In this document: positions 25,714-37,466 of the stretch, one piece after another
Position numbering within the stretch: position 1 is the first letter of the stretch
How the letters are laid out: every line of letters starts with the position of its first letter
From: Bigelowiella natans CCMP2755
Lineage: Eukaryota > Protista > Cercozoa
Length of the DNA: 64,000 nt
Direction: 5' to 3'
Assembly: GCA_000320545.1 (NCBI GenBank)
Contig: ADNK01000542.1
Span: 1 to 64,000, forward strand
The notes under the pieces: model-generated
Databases searched by the model: none
What the model was told of the DNA's origin: nothing
What the model saw: only the letters and a program-made list of their open reading frames with translations
Made by a program: the position numbers and the translations under genes

Positions 25714-27087
25714 ATGCCCCCCTGCCCTTCACTGTGCATGGACGTGTACTGCCCCCCCTTGAGGATGGTCCTCTTTCCAATTCTTTTGCAGTGTTTTTGG
25801 ATGGCGGATAGCCACAGTGTGCCGGTACGACGTAGTAGTAGCATAGTTTCTCGAGCAAAGGTGGGCAATGCTCCAAGAATTATGAGATCTATGGGGAACG
25901 AAAGAGCTCGAGATGCTGTTACATGGATACCTCAAAGCTCTGTTCAATCCCAGGATTGTGAAGCTGGTCCTAAACATTTTCATTAATGTTCCTCAATTTT
26001 ATTCTGATTTTCCCTACTAATACCCAAGTCGCGAGCGTGGTACGGGCAGCAGGAAGCAAATTTGGCGAGGCCTTTGGTTCAGAAGACGAAATTTTGGCCA
26101 GGCAGTTCTTGTTTGACAGGAAAGGAGATGTTCAGGTTAAAATCGCTCCTAAAACTAACTTACAAAACATATTATGACTAAAATTTAATAGTTAATATAT
26201 CAATTTCTCTCAGGATGCTTCCGAGAAGCTGAAACGGGCAGTTGAGTGGAGACGAGACTTTGGACCTGCCCCGATTCCAATGTAATAGTAATCCTGGACA
26301 TCTTAATCCTCTACCGCTGAACCACTTCACATATATTTATAGGGAAATTTACAGAGATGAAGAAATAAATTCCGCAAAATGCTTTCTGCATGAATCGTTC
26401 GATAAGGAGGGCAGACCAGTTGTCGTAGTGAACGTTCGAAACCACGTAATAGGAGAGTATCCCCAATCGTCATCCCAAGCTCTTTGCGTGGTAGTATCCG
26501 ACGACACGAACGTTTTAAAATAAATAATGACTGATGTATATAAAGTAAATTGATTTTAACCTGAGTATCATTTTTCCTAAAGGCAACAATCGAGAATGCA
26601 CTTCAGAAGATGGAGGATCCTAATGGCCAGGTGGCGAATTTCTGCTGTTAACGAATATCATTTCTCAATGTTTGTATACTATTCTCAGTTAGCGGTCATT
26701 TTCAACTTGAACGGTTTCAGTTTACGTAATGCAGACTTCAAATTCGCGAAATTTTTAGGTCGTTATTTAAAAAATTATTACTTCCACCGTAGCCGCGTCA
26801 TCTTTTATTCTTCTCAGTCCAAGCTCTCTACAAGTATTATCCTCAAAGGCTAGGAGCAGCATATTTTATCGATGCGCCAATTCTCTTCCAGGTGTGACTA
26901 CTAAGTACGGCTTTAAAAATTGTCCTTCATCTTTATTTTTTTCCTCTTTCCTTCCAACTACTTTTAGGGCCCGTGGCGAATTGTGAAACCATGGTTGCGA
27001 CGATATGCAAGTTTGGTCTCTTTCGTGAGGGCTGGTGATGTATCAAAACTCTTTGCAGAACCAGCACACGCTCCAAAATTATCATGA
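25714..27087 (+). CDS. Sec14/CRAL-TRIO lipid-transfer protein, CPSFL1-like, with putative plastid leader, ~8 exons
   Basis: FLFDRKGDVQ|DASEKLKRAVEWRRDF, DKEGRPVVVV, IFNLNGFSLRNADFKF, YKYYPQRLG..IDAPILFQ|GPWRIVKPWLRRYASLVSF. From memory this closely resembles plant chloroplast CPSFL1. The N-terminus is hydrophobic then Ser/Arg-rich; start approximate. Confidence 0.8.
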
Positions 27088-28127
27088 GAGCTTAATTGCA
27101 CACAATTTCAAGTGCGGGGTCTTATTCTTGCATGTACAGTAATTTACGGAGTGTCATTCAACGACAGCACATTATCCATAGCCCTACGATACATATACAA
27201 AGTAGAAATATCTAGAGCTCTTAGCTATGTTTATACAGCCCTTGGCATCAGCCAAACCATTAACTTTAGCTGCTATTTAGTATCATCTAGTCATAGCTGT
27301 CTACATCGTATCGTATCGCCGATACAAAATTTCATTTTAATAGCATGCTACGTTCTACTACGAGATGCCGTTGAATGGGTTGTTTAACCTTCATGCACTG
27401 ACCTGTTATACTGTAGATTACACTTGCGCGTATATATACGCGTACATGCATCGGCGAACAGATGTATATATCGACATGTACATGCTGTCAGTTGACATAG
27501 CATAAATTCCAATAATTTGCTTGCCCCCGCGACATCTAGACATGCTAGCATGCACCGCTAATCTAGCTAATGCTAGAATGTAACTCATCGAATGAGTTCG
27601 GTAAATGTCAATGCACGCGCAGCTAGATAGCGCAGTCAGAAAATGGTTTCAAATCATCATAGGATAAAGGTAACCTGCCCTCATATATATATAGCAGACA
27701 TCAATTTATTACAAATACTTTACACAAATGCATTGGCATGATTATTGAATAAGTTTAATTGATTGATTACATCCGTCTTACAAATGCATTATCCTGCAAT
27801 ATGTACGAGACAGCGTACATTTGCTTACACGTGCACATTTCCGACAAGGTGTGATTTTGCGTTTGATAGCATGCTTATGCATCATTGAAATGTAGGAACT
27901 AGTAGAAAGATTAATCAGCATGATTTATGTTCATGGTAATTCGCAGAGCTACCAGGCTCTATACAAGCCTCCAGTAGAAACAACATCAACACGTCTGACA
28001 GCCTTTGATCAATTCACAATTGATTTAAATCAGACCTCACATAATGCTTTTGATTTTGACGTTATATTCATTATTAATTTCAGGGAGAAGACGATGATCC
28101 AGCTCGATTCTTGAATAAGTTTCATTG

Positions 28128-29006
28128 TCATCTTAATGAAGATGTAGCCAAATATGTGTGCACAAGATGCGATGGGATGCGGGATGTTATTCGAGAAACT
28201 AGTTCGCTTTTCTCTATGCAGTCGTTGTATGGGACATTATTAAAATTCAAAATCCTTTTCAATACTCTTACAGGAAGAGAGCTAAGGATTTCCCGAACAA
28301 CATCTTCCTTTTGCTCCGAATCCTCTACACTCTTGGTCTCATCAGTTTCCATTGCTTCGACAGAGGTACATGATCTATCAAGATTTGAATCTACAGTGGA
28401 ATTTTGATCACTAGATCCTAAATCTGAGGAAGATGAAGGGCAAGAACTGGAGTTTGCATTTGTAGCTTTGCGGTCAACATTTGCACGGCAAAGAGGACAG
28501 GTGTTGTGTTCTTTCAACCATGGCATGCAACAATCCTTGTGATATGTGTGCTTGCAAGGAAGTTCGATTACTTCATGGTCCTTTTCGTAGCAATCTTGAC
28601 AAATTGCGCACTTTTGTGATGTGATCGGATCGCTCTCAGTCACTTTTCTCACTGGCATAGCATTTACTGCCTCCTTTGAAGCAGGTGTCGCAGTTGGCTG
28701 TCCTTGAGGATCCATCGCTCGTGCCCAAAATTCTCTTGCTTGATCCGACATAGGTCCAAGACCTCTTAACCCTGTAGCCAAACCGGCTTGAAAAAGTTGC
28801 TGCAGCATCTCATTGTTGACTTGACCTGCATTACCGGAAGGACCAGTCGGAAATACAAACTGCACTTGAACAAAGGGGACAAACCGGAAATGCGGTGGTT
28901 GCTCCTGGTGCTGGTTCTGGTGCTGCTGCTGTTGGTGTTGCTGTTGTTGCTGGGGCTGGGGCTGGGGCTGTGGTTGTGGTTGTGACGATTGGGGCTGAGC
29001 TGACAT
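28128..29006 (-). CDS. RING-H2 E3 ubiquitin ligase (RNF126/RNF181-like) with C-terminal SAP/HeH-like motif; coding region intronless
   Basis: PASKEAVNAMP, then CAICQD..LPCKHTYHKDCCMPWL..HNTCPLCR. C-terminal LPVRVLKRIL..VPYNDCIEKSELV. Q/P-rich N-terminus. Confidence 0.88.
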   Translation of the reverse strand: MSAQPQSSQPQPQPQPQPQQQQQHQQQQHQNQHQEQPPHFRFVPFVQVQFVFPTGPSGNAGQVNNEMLQQLFQAGLATGLRGLGPMSDQAREFWARAMDPQGQPTATPASKEAVNAMPVRKVTESDPITSQKCAICQDCYEKDHEVIELPCKHTYHKDCCMPWLKEHNTCPLCRANVDRKATNANSSSCPSSSSDLGSSDQNSTVDSNLDRSCTSVEAMETDETKSVEDSEQKEDVVREILSSLPVRVLKRILNFNNVPYNDCIEKSELVSRITSRIPSHLVHTYLATSSLR

Positions 29007-29334
29007 CGTGAAGCGATTCCGTTTGGATTATGGGCGAGACGTCCATGCTGAGCTGGAAGGAGTGACAATTAAGCGGTGGGAAGATATTTTTAACAAGTCT
29101 CACCAAAGAATTCCAATGCTTTTTATCATGTTTCGGAAACCAGAAGCTTCCTTTCCTTTATCATTTCCCGAAGTAGTCCAGATTTCCTTCTCGAAAGCCG
29201 GAAAACATGAAAGGAGCCAAAAACGATGAAGTTCAGTTGTCGCAGCTTCTGACACCCAAAAATAGAACTTTCCTGCAAATTCACAACGAAAATCGGGATT
29301 CTTCAGAAAACCTAGGAAATCCCTGCGGAAACAA

Positions 29335-31684
29335 ATGTCGAAAGCGCTCGCAGTATCTCGCACGGAACTGTTCACGTTAAGACGACAACAAGGGGTACTC
29401 CGTTTATTGAAGGAAGTCATCTGTCATTTTTTGCATACGACACCAATTAAGGGATGTCGTAGGTGCAGGAACACAAACAGCATAGAGGGTATGCAACGTG
29501 CTGCTTCGACGAAGGTATCGTTCAAAACACACACAAGTCAAGCATTCTTGGGGTAGATAGATCTAGATCTTGTGCATGCAGTGCATGCACCATGTGACAT
29601 AGTGTGCTAATGAATGCATGGCCGATGATGTGGGCTTCATTGTCTGAGCAACTTCTGACCAACTTGCAGGTAAACTTGCTTCTCCAGTAAGAAAACACGA
29701 TGCAAGGTGAGATGAATGCTGTGAAGATTGTTGATGACCTGCTCACTTTTGAAGGTGATATTTTCAGTTGATATGAAGAACACCCGCGAAGAGAAGGACA
29801 GCATTGGTCCTGTTCTGGTTCCTGCCAACAAACTTTGGGGAGCACAGACGCAGAGATCTTTCCAAAACTTTAAGATCGATACGGCACGTTCGCGCATGCG
29901 CGACCCGTTGATTCATGCATTCGGTACTTTGAAGGCTGCTTGTGCTACAGTCAACAAAAAGATTGGCAAGCTTGATGCTAAGATTGCTGATGCTATCATC
30001 CAAGCTGCAAAAGAGGTTTCGGCCGTTCACCCATCATCGTTGTCTACAATCTGATTGCCCTCTCTTCGCAGGTGGCAGAAGGTAAGCATGACGACGAATT
30101 TCCATTGGTCGTATTTCAAACTGGTAGCGGAACGCAGACAAACATGAATTCCAACGAAGTCATCTCCAACCGTGCCATTCAAATTCTGGGCGGTGTGGTA
30201 ATTTCGAAACCTTAAACTACCGAAATATGCTTTGTGTGGTGGTGTACTGTGCGACATTAACAAAAACGTTTGTCGATCAGATCGGCTCCAAGAAGCCGGT
30301 GCATCCGAACGACCATGTTAACAAGGGCCAATCGAGGTTCCAACAAGGATCACATAGCATGCGAATCAACCAATCTGATTTTTACGATATCCGATCAGCA
30401 ACGATACTTTCCCGACCGCAATGCACATTTCTGCAGTGACTCAGGTATATATACCAATGCCCGTCCCTTTTTTCATTTTGACCAAATCGAAACTAACATC
30501 TGAAACAAAACATCACTATCCCGTAGATCAACAAAGTGTTGCTTCCCGGACTCCAGAAGCTGCACGCAGCGCTTGATAAAAAGGCAAAGGAATTCAAGGA
30601 CGTAATAAAATGCGGTCGCACCCATTGGCAGGATGCAACACCGCTGACTCTCGGACAGGAGTTTGGTGGTTATGCCCAGCAGATAAAGAATGCAATCGGC
30701 CGGGTTGCATCAAGTATGCCTCGTCTATGTGAGCTTGCGATTGGAGGCACTGCTGTTGGAACAGGCTTAAATACCTCCAAAGGTTGGAGCGAGGCGATGG
30801 CGAAACAAATATCCGAAATGACAGGGTACCCCTTCACTTCCGCGCCGAACAAATTCGAAGCTTTGGCGGCGAGCGATGCTTTGGTTGAGATATCAGGTGC
30901 ACTGAACACTATTGCATGCTCTCTGATGAAAGTCGCCAACGACATCCGCCTCCTGAGCTCCGGGCCAAGATGCGGTATTGGTGAAATCAGTTTACCTGCC
31001 AACGAGCCTGGTTCGAGTATCATGCCTGGAAAGGTTAACCCTACGCAATGCGAGTCATTGACAATGGCTTGCTGCCAGGTAATTGATTTCATATACGCGA
31101 CCGTGAGCTATGATGATGGGACATCGGGAAGAAAATATTCGGAACATGCCGATGATATTTGTTAGCAGATCCTCATCAGTCTTCTTTTTATTTAAAAATA
31201 ACGTGGAATTTCTGTACGTTGATGATGTTTGAAATGTTGCTGCTCTTTGTAGCAGTGTTTGTAAATACATTTATAATATGCAAAAAAATACACAAATAAT
31301 AACACACAGGTTATGGGTAATCACACTACGGTGAGCATCGCTGGTTCCAACGGGCATTTTGAGCTTAATGTTTTCCGCCCAGTTATGATCAATGCGGTTT
31401 TGCAGTCTATCCAGCTCATCGGAGACGCATCTACATCTTTCTCAGAAAAATGCGTTGAGGGAATCACTGCCAACAAGGAGCGAATTAGCCAATATCTCAA
31501 TTCGAGCTTGATGCTCGTCACCGCTCTTAGTCCTTATATAGGCTATGATAAGGCAGCAAAAGCCGCCCATCACGCACATCATCACAACTTGACACTCAAG
31601 GAAGCTGTCGTGCAGTTGGGGTACGTTAAAGAGGAAGAGTACGCCTCGAAAGTTGATCCATCAAAAATGATCTCCCCAAAATAA
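29335..31684 (+). CDS. fumC: Class II fumarate hydratase, probably mitochondrial, ~8 exons
   Basis: [69 protein letters not shown], signature [15 protein letters not shown]. 5' exons are less certain. Confidence 0.96.
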
Positions 31685-32632
31685 GAATGATAGTTTGTTT
31701 CGATGGAGGAGGTGAATGGAGTCCTTGACCATGACCTCGTGTTAAAGAATAACGTTCAGCAACTGTTTACCTTACATACAGTAAACTTTGCATGAGTAGA
31801 AATTCGGCAAAGTTTCATGCAAGTACCAGCCACGACATTCGCATCGTATGAGGTCTAGCAAGCACTGCCGCGTCGAAAGCATGTAACAATGCGTGCACTA
31901 CTCAGTACCATCTATTACAGGTCATGTGCAATTGCAACGCTCAATGTGCATTCCATACATGCTGCTACAGCTGATATACCAACTAGACTATCTATGCATG
32001 CTTGCATGCGAGTGGTTATGCATGCATAGTGGTTATTTATACTCGAGAAGCCAGCGTGTATATCAGCTAAATCAGTCACACGCGCTACTAGGCTAGCACG
32101 CCGAGTCGTCGCTAATAATGGACATGATACCTAGCTAGCTTAGATGTGCACCTGCTACTACGTATCGTACGTACCTTATTGGCAGTCGTGCTAGCTAGCT
32201 AGCGTGGCTCGTCTGCGAAGTACCTCTGCTAGTATATACTAGCTGATGTACGCATTGCAGCGATACTAGAATAACCAGCATCTAGCTAGCTAGAGGTGTG
32301 TATGCACTAGCGCTAGACTAAGCGGTGCATGTAGACAGCTACACATTATGCTTAGCCAGCTTCTAGCTAGCTAGCCTAATAGTGCGTCGTCAAGTATGTA
32401 ATACTAGTCGAACGCGTACATGCTTCCTGCTTGACACGGCCAGCGACATTGCAATAAGTGAACAGGAAGATTGTCAATTATCAAACAGCTGCTCGCAGTT
32501 TTTCTTGTTGTGACAATTTTTTGAAACTGTACGTGGCAATTTACAATGGCGAACTGGAAAGGGCTATTACAATAGCAGCTTAATCTATTTGCTCTCATCC
32601 ACTCATATATGTATATTTATATTATATTATAT

Positions 32633-33696
32633 TTAACCAAAAAACGATGACCACGTGCTTCCACCTCTCTTTGGGAGCCCCATCTTATTGAAGATGTCTT
32701 CAACATCATCAATACGCTGGAACACAAACAGAGTGCCCGCCGGGCTTCTACTAATCCTGAACTGAGAAACAGCAAGGTTTACAGCATCAAATCGATACCC
32801 AAAGAGCAGAACATACTCGTCAGATTGCTCACAACACCTGATCATCGGAACTAATGTAGGTGCAGATCTGAAGCGCTCTTGCTGGGGCGGGAATGCCTTC
32901 TTGCCCACCAGAATCAGCCTTGCGATAGATATATACCGGATATGTTATGCTATGCTTTCGGATAAGGTGTGCGTGTTGCTGACCTCAGTAACAATTTGGT
33001 CAACACCGGTGAACTTGCGGCCTTGCTCGTCTATTTTGTCAAGGAGGAAGATGCCTCTCATCTCGTTCTAATGATAATGGAAATACGGCTCAACAAAGAT
33101 AGGGCGTGGTGAATAAGAATTGACGCATCAGCACACCTTAATCTTTGCCCCTCCGAATACTTCAAGGATCTACTTTCAGAAAATTTGTAGATCATTTTAA
33201 ATCGATAGAGAACAACGCAACCGATAGCCGCGTTACCGCACCAAATTACCTCGACTGTTGCTGATGTTCCTTCAGGCTCCTCTTGGCTTAACGCTTGAGC
33301 CTGACCGGAAAGTATCATTTTAGAAGATGTAAAGAAATATAATCAGAGCCCGAAGCATCACAAGTCCATCCTTCCCGACGCTAGAATGATAGCGAGCACC
33401 ATGCTGAACTTGTGATTACACCACACACCTCCTCTACGGTTGGCAGTGAACGCAGAGCTTCGTTGAACTTCATGCTGGGCACATCCTCACTCCTGAGGAT
33501 TTGGAACCTAGCGGAGGGAGGAGGGGGAGATTTTTACGAAATGAATAATTCAACACTGCCTCCGGGATAGCATTCCAAACGGAAATTCGAGAGCCGAGGA
33601 AGGGGGGGGGGATGGAGCGAATGAGAGAAAGTAATGGCTGTACAGGCTATGAAGTTTGCTCCCTGGAGTTTTGGCAAGCCCTGTCATTCCTAAATC

Positions 33697-33735
<39 letters not shown>

Positions 33736-34465
33736 CATTGCAAAAGAGGCAGAACAATGGTTGCGATGTGCTACTACCGCCCATGTTCCTGTACTGTTCA
33801 CTAGTTGTAAATAGAAGTCTCCATCCACCGATTAGCTGGTCTGACTCATACTTCACGACACATGCCGTTCATCGATCAGCGCACGTTTTGCAAGATGTCC
33901 GCGGAATATGGATGAAAGGACAATGAAGATGACAAGGGCAGTGTTGATGATGATGGTGATGGTGGCAATGAACGATGGTGATAATGATGATGACCGATGA
34001 TGAGTTCAGAAAAAATACAACCTTGTATCCATACTGCATCTCCAAGTCTTGAGCAGCCTATACAATTCAGATTAAATATTTAAACTTTGTGCTTTCTAAA
34101 TTTTCAATAGAATTTTTCGATCAGAAGTATGAAACCTTTTCAATTCTGAGGTAAAGTTTCTTATCTTCGTCAGCGATACCGATCCCGCGTGAGTCTTTTA
34201 GAACCTTTTCATATTTTCGTTAGCGTCGGCAACGAGATGGACATCAAAAAGAGCGCGATATATTCGTTGAAAATAAATAAAGCAAACCAGTGCTAGCCGG
34301 TTGAACAGCTCTGCCTCTGTAGCATTTTCTACGACCTTCATACATGATAAAACACACGTGATTTGACTACGAGTAAATACTTAAACAATAAAATTATTTC
34401 TTCCCATATATCTCTGCTTTATTGACATTCACAAACATATACACCCAATTTATGTGTATATAAAT

Positions 34466-34529
<64 letters not shown>

Positions 34530-35046
34530 ACACACACACACACACACAATGTAGATGGATATAAGCATACGTATTTATATGTATGACGTAGATTCATATA
34601 CACGTTTTTAATTTCAGCAGTCATGCAATCGTTGATCACGACTAGAAGAGGAGTTTTAAAAAATGATAGATGAAACACCTGCTTGTAGTCCATCGCCTCT
34701 TTGACTCTCTCCTCCGCCTTTTCCTTAACAGCGGCGCTCGCATCGGGATCGAACACGAAGCTTAAAAGTGGACGACAAGGATTCAAAACATGCCCCATTT
34801 CGGTTTGACACAATACTATCTTTCCAACCTTCCGCGGAGAAAGTCTGGTTTTCCTTGGTCCTCTGCCCGGACTCTGCTTAAACGCCGATGGACACGAAGG
34901 GCTGCACGGCTTCTTCTACCTAGCCATCGGAATGAGGACGACGTCGCCATTGGAACGGAACTTCTTGCACGAATCGAATCGCAAAGATTATTAACACTGT
35001 AAGCTCCGACCAGCATCCCCAAAAGGGACAGGAGTGAGATCATCAT
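32633..35046 (-). CDS. PAP/fibrillin (plastoglobule) family protein with bipartite plastid leader, ~13 exons
   Basis: Leader MMISLLSLLGMLVGAYS followed by an Arg/Ser-rich transit-like segment ending SRVRA. Fibrillin motifs QLIGGWRLLFTTS (~33835-33800) and TYISSDDQ|FRISRSPAGTLFVFQR near the C-terminus. The true start may lie slightly upstream. Confidence 0.75.
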
Positions 35047-35530
35047 CAAGGCGAGTTTTGCGTTCCTCGGCCGGGGGGGGTTCTCAATGGAACCACAACC
35101 TGCCAATCAGTACGACGATCGATCGAGACAGGGCATTTTCCCTGACGTAAGACAGAAATCCTGGGCGATTCACTCTGTAAATAAATCCAATGTCGGAAGG
35201 GAGTGAAACAAGGTCGTTCTCCATAAATATCTACCTCGTTAATTTATCGGCAGATATTTTGCTGTTTTTCTTACGACCACACGACCACGCGGTTGGCTTA
35301 AAGCAATTGCAAGCCGGTACGTTTCCCCAAAAAATAATCTCCGCAAAGAGCGGCAGATTTACGCGGTTTCTTCCGCCGCGGTGTATTTTAGCGGACGACA
35401 ACAATAATGTCCAGTCGCATATAGAAAAACACAAGATATTTACATCGGAATTTCGCTGTTGGGAGAAAGCTCGTGTTCGTACCACGAGATCAAGCCGCCC
35501 CGCCCAGCCTCTTGATCACATTCCGAAATC

Positions 35531-36509
35531 ATGCTTACTTTCGCCGCTCCCCTTCTCCTCGCCGCCTGCACTTCTGCAGCGCCTTCTACTGTTGGCACCC
35601 GCGCCCGACTATCCAAAGCCATCACCCCTCAGGCAGTCAGACCGCAGTTCAACAACGCTATGAGGAAAGTTGTCAGGGACGTAAGCAGAAAAGCTGCTGA
35701 GGATACATGTAAGCTTCACTGGGAATTCACACTATTTCTATGAAAGTTTATGGCTGGACATCCCATTCATAAGACCACACTCCTTGCACACACAACGTTA
35801 GTACTAAATCCTTGTTGTACTACTTTCATCAGTGGGCCCAGGGACCGCACCATTGGGAAAGTTCTGGGATCCTGCTGGATTCACCAAGTAAGTAGTAATA
35901 AGTGGTCGCATTGATGTCGAATGTGCCTAAGAAAAGACGACTAATGAGGCGATACAAATTTTCTAGGGGTCTCTCACCAAATGAACTGAAGAAGTACCGC
36001 GAAGCAGAGATTACTCATGGTACTGTTCTTTTTTTATAACTCGTTGGTGGACTCCAAAAGAATTCAACCACTCAAATGATTCGGTAATTAATCTTCTTTC
36101 ATCCTCAGGACGCGTTTCTATGCTGGGAGTGCTAGGCTTCTTGACTCAAGAGGCTTTCCACCCTCTCTTTGGCGGTAACATTGACGGACCTGCCATCAAG
36201 CAATTCGATGAGATCACTAGGATGGCTCCTACTTTCTGGTACCCTGTCTTGCTCGCAATCGCTGTCGCTGAGCTCGGTCGTGCTCGCCTTGGATGGCAAG
36301 ATCCTACCAGCGGTGGAGCAATGTTTTCTCTCAGAGATGAATATGAGCCTGGAAACATCGGATTCGACCCACTTAACCTCAAGCCTAGCAACCCTACCGA
36401 CCTCGCTAGTATCAAGAACAAGGAGTTAAATAATGGCCGCCTGGCTATGCTTGCTCTTGCAGGCTTCGTGGCACAGGAGCTTGTCAACGGAAAGCCTATT
36501 CTTGGTTGA
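35531..36509 (+). CDS. LHCX: Stress-related light-harvesting protein of the LHCX/LI818/LHCSR clade, 4 exons
   Basis: Signal + transit leader. G.TAPLGKFWDPAGF, YREAEITH|GRVSMLG..EAFHPLFGGNIDGPAI, ELGRARLGW.DP, LRDEYEPGNIGFDPLNLKP, KELNNGRLAMLA. Confidence 0.93.
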
Positions 36510-37466
36510 GTGATTTCGTCCTAAAATCATGCTGCGATTATCAACTACTTGCAACTGAGGTGGAATTTTGTAGATTCACGCCAGTGCAACTATCACAGTT
36601 TTTCCTATAAACCTGTACTTGATGTATCCTGCGACATTATTTGACTAACAGAGTCACTTTTGAGTTTATCTAGTGGAACAACCGCATACTTGTAGGCCAT
36701 GCACGTAATATTCATGCCGCGGTGCAAGTATCTTGCATTGCTATGTGCAATAATACAAGAGAGAAACGAGGATATCTATGGGCGACACACATGTCATATA
36801 TTGCTTGTAAGGCACATGCTTTGACTAATGATAAAACTATGCTGCATTCAGCACATGACAACACATTGCATGTGTAGCTGCAGCACGCTAGCATCCGCCA
36901 CTTGTTCTGCATGGTTATATCACATTATTATGCATGAGCTATTATAGAGAGCAATTTGCTCTCACAACTACTTTTGATATGCAGTCTCATGCGGAGCAGT
37001 TCATATCAGCTCCGCACGATCATGAACAGAGCATACTTTTTTTTCTAACAAATGTCATCATTCATGCAATAATATGCATACACAACACATTCGATTCATG
37101 CAGGAGATTATAAAGATGTGAGCCTCTGTCACTGCCTCGCGCTTGCAACGTATAGATACACGTGTGATTATAGACACACGTGTGTCTAACGTGCACAGTA
37201 CACATGTACATGATGTGGACTTTGCATCCACAGTGCTTCAATGGGCCATGCATGCACGTACTCGGCACGTGACTTTCGACAAACTTGTTACTGATAAACT
37301 CATTACTAATCATGCTAGCATGCGAGTTATCTGTCACAGTGCACGCTCATCCGCTTCGTGCTAGCATGCCTTTTTATCTTTGTGAACCTTTTGCCCCACC
37401 GCTGACCATTTCGTCCCTGTGTGCATACCGCAGGTATCAATGCTGGATCAAATGATTGATAATGTG

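Noticed and set aside
30670-31092. Antisense ORFs over fumarase (likewise over LHCX and gag-pol)
   Set aside because: Shadow frames of conserved coding sequence with no independent motifs.
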